Shown: positions 18,874-27,234 of the stretch, piece after piece | How the letters are laid out: every line of letters starts with the position of its first letter | Position numbering within the stretch: position 1 is the stretch's first letter | DNA from: Caldivirga maquilingensis IC-167 | Lineage (GTDB): Archaea; Thermoproteota; Thermoprotei; Thermoproteales; Thermocladiaceae | NCBI RefSeq assembly: GCF_000018305.1 | Contig: NC_009954.1 | Coordinates: forward strand, 900,001-932,000 | DNA length: 32,000 bases | Reading direction: 5' to 3' | Made by a program: the position numbers and the translations under genes | Notes under the pieces: generated by a model | What the model was told of the DNA's origin: nothing | Seen by the model: only the letters and a program-made list of their open reading frames with translations | The model's database searches: none

Positions 18874-18896
18874 TACATTGCAATAAATGTTATGCT

Positions 18897-21182
18897 ATGG
18901 GTAAAAACACACCCCTAACCCTAGTAGTAGCAGCAGTAATAGCCATAAGCATCGCCGTAGTAAACATAGCCTACGCAGCTTCAAATACGGTAACAATAGT
19001 TACTACAGAGGGTACGCTCATTTACACTCCTGGTCAACCTATCTGGAATCCATACGCACCCAACAACTTCATAGGCGTTGTGGGGACATACATGTCTCTC
19101 GCATTCTACAATCCACTTACAGCTAAATTCTATCCTGTTTTGGCTGAGAATTGGACTGTTGAGGTTTTGCCTAATGGTAGTGGTATTTTAACTATCTATC
19201 TTAGGCATAACTTGTATTGGTTTAATGGTTCAGCGGTAATGCCCTTCACTGCTTGGGATGTTTACGCTGAATTCTACATTGGTGTTAAGGTGTTCAGCTG
19301 GTACTACCCATTCATGCAACCGCAATACGCCGATGAAGACATTAGAGTATTGAATAATTACACAATACAATTCCTATTCCAAGAGTGGAGCCCACAGCAA
19401 ATATACTACGTGTTAACTACCTGGATTGATACACCATACGCCGTATGGAAACCAATAGTGGATAAACTCAAAACAATGAGCGTCAGTCAAGCAGCAGCAT
19501 ACGGTAATAATGTCACTAAGTTTGCTCCGCCATACTGGGGTTTAAGCCCATATTATGTTCAATTATCAACATTGAGCGCAACCTACCAGACACTGTTACT
19601 TGAACCAATGTACTTCAATGGTGTCCCATTACTGGCATCATGGGATAAAATATTCCCATTCAATGATTGGAGCATCTACCCGAAGTACGTTATATGGGCG
19701 GTTGGTGGTAATACTCAAGCAATGACTGCCCTTCTGGCTCGTAAGGTTAATTTAGCGTTCATTGGCTTGTCACTGCAGCAGGAGGCTACGATAAATGCTA
19801 GTGGCCTCGGTGAATATAATGGGCCGAATTATGCGACTAATGGCTACACGCTTAATCCAAACATTTACCCATTCAATATTCCTCAGGTTAGGCAGGCATT
19901 CTGCTACATTATTAATAGAACGGCTGAATCATTGGCCTGGGGTGGATTATATGCACCTGACCCATACCCAGTCCCTGTAGCCAACTTCCAGCCATCAATA
20001 CAATCATACCCATCAAGCGTGTGGAGTATTGTAACTGTGCATTGTACAACAAATTGGACTAAGGCAGCTCAATTACTGGAATCAGCCGGTTTAACCTATA
20101 AGAATGGTCAATGGTATCTGCCTAATGGGACTCCATTTAAGTTAACTTTAATAGTGCCATCAGGTTTCACTGACTGGGCTACATTCTCATCAGCTGCCGC
20201 TGTCTCAATAAGCCAGTTCGGTATACCTACAACATTATTAGCCTTGGATACCTCAACATACTGGAGTACAATATTCCCTAATGGTGAGTATGAAATGGCT
20301 ATGACATGGATGACGTGGTCAAGGGGTTACGGTGACTTCAGTTTCCTAGCATCACCATGGTGGACTTTCCCAGCATTCAATCTCTCCAAGGCTTGGCCAT
20401 TCCAGTGGCCTAATGGGACATGCACACCAGTAACAGCACCTAGCATACCAGGCTTTACTCCACCTAATAGTACGATAGTATGGTGTGTTAATTCAACATT
20501 CGGCTACATTAACTTAACCAACTGGGGCGTAGTATTTGCGGCCACTGTCCCAGGGATGCCTCAGTATGATGAGCTTCTGAAGGTATTATTCGCCTGGTAT
20601 GAATACTACATGCCAGTGATACCAAACTTAACCCAGAACATGCAGTTCAACTATAATCCAGCTGACTTTGATATTATATGGTGGATTAAAGGCTTACCAC
20701 CATCCTCATGGTTACTCTTTACACAGGGAGCATGGGGTGAAACACTATCCGTAATGCTTTGGAATATTGGATTCGGCGCATTAGCACCACCAGGTGTAGT
20801 ACCACCGTTGGCGCAGGCTGCCGTCAATGGTTCACTATGGAGAATTGACCCGCAGTTAGCTGCATTCGCAGGATGGAGCCCAAGTACAATGAACCTAGAA
20901 GCCATAGCCTCATACTTCCATATACCGTATACTCCAGTGACTACTACTTCAACTACTACTACCACTTCAACTACAACTGTTACTTCAACTGCCGTTGCTA
21001 CTGTGACTTCAACAGTCACAACCACTGCAGTTAGCACTGTGACTAGCACAGCAACAACCACAGCAGTAAGCACAGTAACCGTGACCAAACCAGTGGTAAG
21101 CACAGCATTAATAGCAGGAATAGTAATCATAGTAGTAGTTATTGCCATTGTTGCAGCAATAATAGCATTAAGAAGAAGATGA
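18897..21182 (+). CDS. ABC-transporter substrate-binding protein, family 5 (Dpp/Opp-like), Sec signal, C-terminal Thr-rich linker and TM anchor
   Basis: N-terminal hydrophobic signal ending AYAAS. LAENWTVEVLPNGSG..TIYLRHNLYWFNGSAVMPFTAWDV matches the SBP_bac_5 N-lobe pattern. Many N-x-S/T sequons. The Thr/Ser/Val linker followed by ALIAGIVIIVVVIAIVAAIIALRRR resembles crenarchaeal oligopeptide-class binding proteins. Confidence 0.8.
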   Translation: MGKNTPLTLVVAAVIAISIAVVNIAYAASNTVTIVTTEGTLIYTPGQPIWNPYAPNNFIGVVGTYMSLAFYNPLTAKFYPVLAENWTVEVLPNGSGILTIYLRHNLYWFNGSAVMPFTAWDVYAEFYIGVKVFSWYYPFMQPQYADEDIRVLNNYTIQFLFQEWSPQQIYYVLTTWIDTPYAVWKPIVDKLKTMSVSQAAAYGNNVTKFAPPYWGLSPYYVQLSTLSATYQTLLLEPMYFNGVPLLASWDKIFPFNDWSIYPKYVIWAVGGNTQAMTALLARKVNLAFIGLSLQQEATINASGLGEYNGPNYATNGYTLNPNIYPFNIPQVRQAFCYIINRTAESLAWGGLYAPDPYPVPVANFQPSIQSYPSSVWSIVTVHCTTNWTKAAQLLESAGLTYKNGQWYLPNGTPFKLTLIVPSGFTDWATFSSAAAVSISQFGIPTTLLALDTSTYWSTIFPNGEYEMAMTWMTWSRGYGDFSFLASPWWTFPAFNLSKAWPFQWPNGTCTPVTAPSIPGFTPPNSTIVWCVNSTFGYINLTNWGVVFAATVPGMPQYDELLKVLFAWYEYYMPVIPNLTQNMQFNYNPADFDIIWWIKGLPPSSWLLFTQGAWGETLSVMLWNIGFGALAPPGVVPPLAQAAVNGSLWRIDPQLAAFAGWSPSTMNLEAIASYFHIPYTPVTTTSTTTTTSTTTVTSTAVATVTSTVTTTAVSTVTSTATTTAVSTVTVTKPVVSTALIAGIVIIVVVIAIVAAIIALRRR
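20934..21090 (+). repeat. Low-complexity Thr/Ser/Val/Ala coding repeats (linker)
   Basis: Encodes TTTSTTTTTSTTTVTSTAVATVTSTVTTTAVSTVTSTATTTAVSTVTVTK, with an imperfect ~36-nt tandem unit (TTTAVSTVT). Confidence 0.85.
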
Positions 21183-21251
21183 GGTAAGAGGTAGAGTAGT
21201 TTAAAATACTCTTCATTAAAATGATTTATTCTTTTATTCAATACTACTGTA

Positions 21252-21431
21252 ATGAGTCAAGTGGATGATTCTAAGTGGTGGGTTGGGTTTTTTATTCATC
21301 ATGGGCTATTGAGACTACTATGGTGTCTGGAGAAGGTTAAGGTGATGATGAGTAAGTTGTCCCCTGAATTAGCTGAGAGAATTACTGGATTATACTTCAG
21401 GAGGGTACTTGAAATACGGATTAAGTATTGA
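21252..21431 (+). other. 59-codon ORF (below the ORF-track cut-off) that embeds the crenactin-derived repeat; coding status unknown
   Basis: Hand translation gives MSQVDDSKWWVGFFIHHGLLRLLWCLEKVKVMMSKLSPELAERITGLYFRRVLEIRIKY*. Residues EKVKVMMSKLSPELAER equal the same 17 residues of crenactin, read in the same frame. Confidence 0.25.
21329..21379 (+). repeat. Direct repeat copy 2 (intergenic, crenactin-derived)
   Basis: 50/51 identity to 17893-17943, same orientation. The flanks are essentially unrelated. Confidence 0.95.
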
Positions 21432-21481
21432 TCCAAAAGGCATGATTCTTCCAGTAATGTTTTCTCATGGTTTCAAGTATT

Positions 21482-22336
21482 TCACTTCTTTTCATTAACC
21501 TTAAGCACCTCGGCTATTTCTGAGAAGTCTTTTGAGCCGTATCCTGTGGTTTCTGCTATTCTGAGTAATTCATCTATCAGGGTTGTCATGGGTAGTTGAA
21601 TACCGATGGATTGTGCGTACTCAAGGGCCTTATCTATAACGTCCCTGGCTAATCTTAGTGAGAAGGATTCACCGTAATTACCCTTAAGCATCCACGGCAA
21701 CCTAGTTCTTAATTGTGCTGAATCAGAACCACCCATGGATAATGCCTTAACCACAGTATCTGGATCCATCCCCAGTTTACGAATTAAAACTGATACCTCA
21801 GCTAACACCACTGTATTGGCGGTTAATATTACGTTACTTATCAGTTTAAGTGCGGTGGCTTGTTCATGGTTACCAACGTATATCGGTGTACCTATTTGGC
21901 TTAGTATACTGTTCGCCTCCTTAAACAATCCCTCATCACCACCCACGTATAGTACGAGTTCACCCCTCTCAGCCTCCCTAGGCCCCTTCTCAAGCCTAAC
22001 TGATAGGTACCTTAACCTCTTCTCCTCAATAATCTTAAGCACGTTACTTAATTCACTAAGGCTCATTGTGGTTGTATCCAGTATAATGCCCTTAGCCGCA
22101 TTGGCTATATTACTAATAACGCTGATTGATTCTCTACCCGTTGGAACAGCTATGATTACGTAATCAACACCATCAGTGCACTTAACCATATCATTAACCA
22201 CCACTACATTACTACCGCTAAGCCTACCTGCGGCGTTTGGGTCAATATCGAAGCCCAGGACCTCATGCCCCTTCCTTGATAAGTTCACTGCAATACCCCT
22301 ACCCATTCTACCTAATCCTATGACGCAGATTCGCAT
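21482..22336 (-). CDS. NAD(P)-dependent beta-hydroxyacid dehydrogenase (3-hydroxyisobutyrate/6-phosphogluconate dehydrogenase-like)
   Basis: MRICVIGLGRMGRGIAVNL Rossmann motif. 284 aa. C-terminal all-helical domain typical of the family. Confidence 0.8.
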   Translation of the reverse strand: MRICVIGLGRMGRGIAVNLSRKGHEVLGFDIDPNAAGRLSGSNVVVVNDMVKCTDGVDYVIIAVPTGRESISVISNIANAAKGIILDTTTMSLSELSNVLKIIEEKRLRYLSVRLEKGPREAERGELVLYVGGDEGLFKEANSILSQIGTPIYVGNHEQATALKLISNVILTANTVVLAEVSVLIRKLGMDPDTVVKALSMGGSDSAQLRTRLPWMLKGNYGESFSLRLARDVIDKALEYAQSIGIQLPMTTLIDELLRIAETTGYGSKDFSEIAEVLKVNEKK

Positions 22337-22393
22337 GGATCCGGATTAGGCTTTATTATTTAATATTTTTTCAAGTCAATTCCCTGACCGTTA

Positions 22394-23575
22394 ATGCAAT
22401 TAAAGGTAAGCTCCAGTGGCTCCCTAATGGTTAAATTCAAGTTGCCTAGGGTTGATTGGTCACCCGTTGAGTTAGCCAGTAGATTAACTAGGCGTGGTGT
22501 GGCCTATAATTTCGCCAGTGGCTCACCTGACCCAGGTCTAATACCTGTTATTGATGTTAAGGAGGCTGCGGAAGACGTTTTAAGTGAGTATGGTTCAGGC
22601 GCCTTATCCTACCCTGGAGCTGGTGGATTAAGGGAACTTAGGGTTGAGGTGTCCAGGTACCTTAGGGAGTATTTGGGCATTAATGCTGACTGGAGGAGTA
22701 TAATAGTAACCAGTGGTGCTCAGCATGCAATTAAGCTATTGACGCAGCTATTGGTTAGGAGGGGTGTTAGGGTTTACGTGGAGGATCCAACGTTCTACGA
22801 AACCCTCTCACCCTTCAGGTTTCAGGGGGGTAGGGTAATTGGTGTATCCTTAACTAATGAGGGTATGCTGGTTAATGAAGTGGTTAAGGTGATTAAGGAG
22901 GGGGATATTGTTTACACAATCCCTAACTGCCACAACCCAACGGGTGTCTGCATGAGTGATGATAATAGGAGGATGCTTATTGAGGCCTCTGAGGAGAAGG
23001 GCTTCTTAATAATTGAGGATGACCCATACACCGTGCTTTCATTAAAGGCCCCGAGGCCCCTTAGGTCAGTGAGCAGTAATGTTATCTACGTGGGTACGTT
23101 CTCTAAGATACTTGGTCCAGGGCTTAGGATTGGTTTCATAGTGGCGCCTAATTGGCTTAGGGGGCATTTAGAGAGGCTTGAGCAGCATGACTTCTCAACA
23201 TCAACGTTAACCCAGTTAATCGTGTATAAGCTTCTTAGAAGCAATACTGTTGATAAGGTTCTAGGTAAGGCAAGGGGAATCTACGAGGAGAAGCTTAGAA
23301 CCCTAATTAATGCCCTAGACGAATACCTACCCAATGCCCTACAGTTTAAGCCTGCATGCGGATTCTACGCATTGGTTAGACTAGGTGTTGATGCTGAGAG
23401 GCTACTTAGGACTACGGCCAAGGTTGGTTTAACCTACGTGCCTGCTAGGAGATTCTTCATTAATGGCGGCTTCCCTGACGCAGCCAGGTTAAGTATCGGT
23501 GCTATTAGGCCTGAGAGAATCGAGGATGGTGTTAAACTCCTCTCAAGCTTAATTAAGAGTGCACGAAGCCAGTAA
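22394..23575 (+). CDS. Class I/II PLP-dependent aminotransferase
   Basis: 393 aa. SFSKILGPGLRIGF contains the PLP-lysine motif (SxSK...G.R.G). NPTG motif (CHNPTGV). Confidence 0.85.
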   Translation: MQLKVSSSGSLMVKFKLPRVDWSPVELASRLTRRGVAYNFASGSPDPGLIPVIDVKEAAEDVLSEYGSGALSYPGAGGLRELRVEVSRYLREYLGINADWRSIIVTSGAQHAIKLLTQLLVRRGVRVYVEDPTFYETLSPFRFQGGRVIGVSLTNEGMLVNEVVKVIKEGDIVYTIPNCHNPTGVCMSDDNRRMLIEASEEKGFLIIEDDPYTVLSLKAPRPLRSVSSNVIYVGTFSKILGPGLRIGFIVAPNWLRGHLERLEQHDFSTSTLTQLIVYKLLRSNTVDKVLGKARGIYEEKLRTLINALDEYLPNALQFKPACGFYALVRLGVDAERLLRTTAKVGLTYVPARRFFINGGFPDAARLSIGAIRPERIEDGVKLLSSLIKSARSQ

Positions 23576-23597
23576 CATTACTAACTCATGTTAATGC

Positions 23598-23924
23598 TCA
23601 TGCACAGTACACGTAACCCTCCACTAAACCCATTAACCTATCCACTAACTCCCCAACCGTGAAACCCCTCCTCATTACCTCGGTGTAAATCCTCATATCT
23701 AATTCACCATCATTAACCACCATTACATCAATAACCCCATTACCCTCACCAAGTAGCCTATTGATATAATCCCTTAATACTAACGCCACCTTCTGCGCAA
23801 TGGGTCTAGTTAACTTGAATACGCATGGTACGTACTTACGTCCACCATAATCATACTTATCGTAATTCATATCACACTCCACGGATACGTAGATGTAGGA
23901 CTTGTAGAGTAGGCTCATTACCAT
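23598..23924 (-). CDS. Hypothetical protein
   Basis: 108-aa ORF with no motif recognised. Confidence 0.4.
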   Translation of the reverse strand: MVMSLLYKSYIYVSVECDMNYDKYDYGGRKYVPCVFKLTRPIAQKVALVLRDYINRLLGEGNGVIDVMVVNDGELDMRIYTEVMRRGFTVGELVDRLMGLVEGYVYCA

Positions 23925-24001
23925 TTTAATAATAATGAGGTTAAAAGCATTGCCTCACCGGGTTTAATAATAATTGACGATGCCCAAGGTTGAGGAGAGA
24001 G

Positions 24002-24390
24002 TTATATTAATATGACATTCACGTTCAATTCCCTTGCGGCATCAGCCTGCCTCCTATCAGCTGTAGCTAATTTAATGTTTAATTACTTAGCTAAAGCTAC
24101 GTATATTGCATCGTAAATAGTGACCCTCTTTTCAACAGCTATCTCAAGGGCTTTCTCATAGTAAGGTCTTTGATCAACTACATCCACTAATGAATATAGT
24201 ATCCTCAGGATTTTAAGGGCATCAGAGGCATTAATCTTATTCATTAGAGTCATCCTCCATAAAGCGTTCATAGCCTCCTTAATAGCTAACTCCACGGTAA
24301 TGGCACCTTCAGTAAATACGTTCCTAGCTGCTTCCCACCCGGCTCCCTCGCTAGGTACTTAATGATTACACTGGCGTCAGTGACTATCAC
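24002..24390 (-). pseudogene. vapC: PIN-domain (VapC-like) toxin gene disrupted by a 1-nt frameshift and an in-frame TAA
   Basis: Hand translation: frame A gives VIVTDASVIIKYLAREPG... Frame B gives GWEAARNVFTEGAITVELAIKEAM...TIYDAIYVALAK, then TAA (24083-24085), then LNIKLATADRRQADAARELNVNVILI*. All four PIN acidic positions are present (D5, E, D in YDAIY, D in TAD). The frameshift lies in ccggg near 24338-24345. Confidence 0.7.
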
Positions 24391-24514
24391 GGTCCTCCCT
24401 CACTAAGTGTTCTGTGAAACCTTCTTCTGCCGATTCAATTCTCGATAATACTGAGTCTAATTCCCTAAGTGCCTTCTGGGCTCTTATTTTACGGGCTAAA
24501 AACCCCAGCCCCAT
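24377..24514 (-). CDS. Short VapB-like antitoxin candidate (45 aa)
   Basis: MGLGFLARKIRAQKALRELDSVLSRIESAEEGFTEHLVREDRDSH*. Its 3' end overlaps the GTG of the PIN gene by 14 nt, a typical toxin-antitoxin arrangement. Below the ORF-track threshold. Confidence 0.45.
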   Translation of the reverse strand: MGLGFLARKIRAQKALRELDSVLSRIESAEEGFTEHLVREDRDSH

Positions 24515-25001
24515 CTAACGCATCCTTAACCCCCTTCTTATTCTCACACTGATTACTACAGTTGACATTGTAATACGAATATATATTATGGATTTATAAA
24601 TATTTCATAATACATACAAACCATATTATGAAAAATAATTACCATAAGGCATTAATGGCCACTTCGACTAACGTATCAATGTAATTATTACCGCATGGCT
24701 TAACCCGACTACCGTAATTTAGTAGAATTCATGTAATCGGCATCCTTCTCAACAACTATGGTTAAGCATATTAAGTAATCGCTAATTCCTGTAAACTATT
24801 TGACCGAAGACTATGGTTACCTGAGATTAATATCAGGTAATGAAGCGTATGCCTCTCATTAACCATAATACTTCCAGCATAGCGAGTTACCCATTATACT
24901 CATACTAAACAGTGAATTATACCAGGAACCTAATGACCTTAAGAGCATATTGAAATAATTTAAGATTAAGGTGTTTAATGGTCTTTAAGTAAATTACCTA
25001 A

Positions 25002-25577
25002 CTAACCACCTATCCTAGCCTTTACTAGCTTTATGAATTCCCTCATCCAAGCTGGGTTATCAGGCCATGCCCTAGACGTGACTAGGTTCCCATCTACCAC
25101 AACCTCCTCATCAACCCATATTCCTCCATTATTCTCAACCTCGGGTCTTACGGCTATGTAGCTAGTCATTCTTCTACCCTTAACCACGCCGGCTGCAGCC
25201 AGTATTTGAGGTGCATGGCATATTGCTGCCACAGGTTTCTTAGTCTCAAAGAAGTGCCTTACAATGCGCTTAACATCCTCTGAGGCAACAACCCTAACGT
25301 ACTCAGGCATTCTACCCCCTGGTATAACTAACCCATCGTACTCCTCAGGCTTAACCTCGGAGAGTGTTTTAGTAACCCACTTAAAGAGGTAACCAGGTTT
25401 CTCACTGTAAGTTTCCCACCCTGGTTCAAAATCATGAACCACAGTCCTTAAATCCTTCCTACTTGGAGCCGCCACGTCAACATCCCACCCCTCCTCCTTA
25501 AGCCTATAGTATGGGTAGAAGAGTTCAAGAGCTTCAACGGCATCTCCAGCTATTATTAGAATCCTAGCCTTAGCCAT
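25002..25577 (-). CDS. pfpI: PfpI/DJ-1 family intracellular protease/deglycase
   Basis: From memory it is colinear with Pyrococcus PfpI/PH1704. Shared blocks: YPYYRLKEEG, nucleophile elbow AAICHAPQIL, VVVDGNLVTSR, AWMREFIKL. Confidence 0.9.
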   Translation of the reverse strand: MAKARILIIAGDAVEALELFYPYYRLKEEGWDVDVAAPSRKDLRTVVHDFEPGWETYSEKPGYLFKWVTKTLSEVKPEEYDGLVIPGGRMPEYVRVVASEDVKRIVRHFFETKKPVAAICHAPQILAAAGVVKGRRMTSYIAVRPEVENNGGIWVDEEVVVDGNLVTSRAWPDNPAWMREFIKLVKARIGG

Positions 25578-25674
25578 GATTAATAATAATTTTTGAGAAT
25601 ATTTAAGCTTTATGCAGATATGTGGGTTTGGTATGATGGGTAATCTTTATAAGTAGGATATTTTTCCTAACTAT

Positions 25675-26295
25675 ATGAATGAGGAGTACTGTAAAGCCCT
25701 CTATAAGGCGGCTGAAGCCTCAATATGCTTAATGGAGCATTCACATGGATTAAGGCTATACAGGGAGTACCTATTAAGGTGTCCTGAAATACCGGGGGCA
25801 TGGCATGGCTTAGCCATATGCCTTGAAGCCGTTGGGGATAGAAAGGAGGCGTTGAAGGCCTATGAGAAGGCCCTGGAGTTGAACCTAAGGCGGAATGATG
25901 CAGTAAGCCTACTATGGGGTGGTTGGTGTGCCTTTAAGCTGGGTAGGCATGAGTTGGCTTATAGATTATTCAAGGAGTCCATTGAAAAGAACCCTAACTA
26001 CGCCTACACCTGGCATAGCTTAGCCGTGGCGGCTTTTAAGCTTGGTAAACGTGAGGAGGGGGAGGCGGCTATGGCTAAGTATAGGGCTTTAATTAAGGAG
26101 AGGCCCTATGAGAGAAGGGAGTGTGAGGGCATTAGCATGCTCATGGATTCACTTGAATCATTAAAGAAAATAAGCAGTGTTGATCAAGGCATTATTCAGG
26201 TGGTTGAGGACTTATTGATGAAATCCATTACTAAGCATAAGGGTAAATGCACTCAATTAAGCAACTATTACGTTAACTTGAGTGAAGGTAAATAA
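25675..26295 (+). CDS. TPR-repeat protein
   Basis: Repeated W-x2-LG/A-x2-Y...A-x3-Y/F-x2-A-L/I-x2-P/N units, for example AWHGLAICLEAVGDRKEALKAYEKALELN and YTWHSLAVAAFKLGKREEGEAAMAKY. Confidence 0.75.
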   Translation: MNEEYCKALYKAAEASICLMEHSHGLRLYREYLLRCPEIPGAWHGLAICLEAVGDRKEALKAYEKALELNLRRNDAVSLLWGGWCAFKLGRHELAYRLFKESIEKNPNYAYTWHSLAVAAFKLGKREEGEAAMAKYRALIKERPYERRECEGISMLMDSLESLKKISSVDQGIIQVVEDLLMKSITKHKGKCTQLSNYYVNLSEGK

Positions 26296-26319
26296 GCCCC
26301 AGCATCTTATTAACACTAA

Positions 26320-26784
26320 ATGAGTATTAATGAAATTATTAACTCACTGAGTAATGCATGTAGGGAACTGGATAATGAACTTAAGGATGAGTTCCTAGGC
26401 TTAATGCTATTCGGTAGTTGGGCTAGGGGTGAGGCTAAGTTTAATAGTGATGTTGATGTCATGGTTCTTCTAAACTCGGTTAAGGGACTTGAGGTTAGGG
26501 TTAAGGTATATTCAATATTAAGAAAATACATCAGCAGTGACATAACTTTAGTAGATGTTAGGAGAAGTGAATTAGAGGGTGGGTTAACGGCATTAAGCAT
26601 AAACATTGCATGGGATGGGGTAATAATATGTGATAAGTATGGTTACTTAGCTAGGTTTAAGAATGAGGTTAAGAGGTTTATTGAGGAAGAGGGGCTTATA
26701 AGGTATAGGACCCCTGATGGGAAATACGGCTGGACAAGGGCAGATGGGAAACCCCTCATTAAGGTGAATAAGAGTAATGTATGA
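26320..26784 (+). CDS. Minimal nucleotidyltransferase (MNT) domain protein
   Basis: GSWARGEAKFNSDVDVMVL matches the GSxxRG...SDxD Pol-beta-type NTase motif. Confidence 0.85.
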   Translation: MSINEIINSLSNACRELDNELKDEFLGLMLFGSWARGEAKFNSDVDVMVLLNSVKGLEVRVKVYSILRKYISSDITLVDVRRSELEGGLTALSINIAWDGVIICDKYGYLARFKNEVKRFIEEEGLIRYRTPDGKYGWTRADGKPLIKVNKSNV

Positions 26785-27211
26785 TCCCATTGATGAGGTT
26801 AAGTACAGGTATAGGTTAGCCATAAATTACTTCAATGAAACCACATCATCCTACAATAGACGGGATTGGAGAGGTGTTGCGGCTAATGCCCAATTAACCG
26901 CTGAAAATGCCGTGAAGGCAATTATAGCGGTATTCAACATACCCAGTTGGAGTCATGATCCATCTAATGAATTACTAAGCCTACTCAATAAACTGCCTGA
27001 GGGGGTTAAGGCCTTAATTAATGAATTAGCCATCATTGTTAGAACCCTAGCCCCCGAACATGGACGAAGCACCCATGGGGAACCTAGCAGAGGTTTAACC
27101 CCCTGGGAAATATATGATAGAGGTGATGCTGAGAGGGCCTTGGATATGGCTAAGAGAGCTGTGAGTATAATGATTACTGTTCTTAATGCTTTAAACATTA
27201 GCGTGCAGTGA
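26777..27211 (+). CDS. HEPN domain protein (partner of the MNT)
   Basis: 144 aa, all helical. 8-nt overlap with the MNT gene. AENAVKAIIAVF helix and an Rx5H-type motif (RTLAPEH). Confidence 0.75.
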   Translation: MYDPIDEVKYRYRLAINYFNETTSSYNRRDWRGVAANAQLTAENAVKAIIAVFNIPSWSHDPSNELLSLLNKLPEGVKALINELAIIVRTLAPEHGRSTHGEPSRGLTPWEIYDRGDAERALDMAKRAVSIMITVLNALNISVQ

Positions 27212-27234
27212 GTATGTGATCCCTTTAAGCGTTT

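Noticed and set aside
20651-21241. 196-aa minus-strand ORF rich in V/T/A opposite the end of the binding-protein gene
   Set aside because: It is the mirror image of the Thr-rich linker and TM anchor. The low-complexity coding repeats keep the antisense frame open. It has no independent signal, and the plus-strand gene is well supported.
18077-21328. Calling the repeat-bracketed segment an integrated mobile element
   Set aside because: There is no integrase, transposase, terminal inverted repeats or plasmid or viral genes. Only the 51-nt direct repeat supports it, so it is reported as an observation and not annotated as a mobile element.
21345-21367. Within the crenactin-derived repeat: ATGATGA, a 12-nt spacer, then CTGA, which looks like half of a C/D box guide (also at 17909-17931 in crenactin)
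   Set aside because: No C' box and second D box with correct spacing follow. The sequence is explained by coding for VMMSKLSPE. I treated it as coincidence, although sRNA-seq would settle it.
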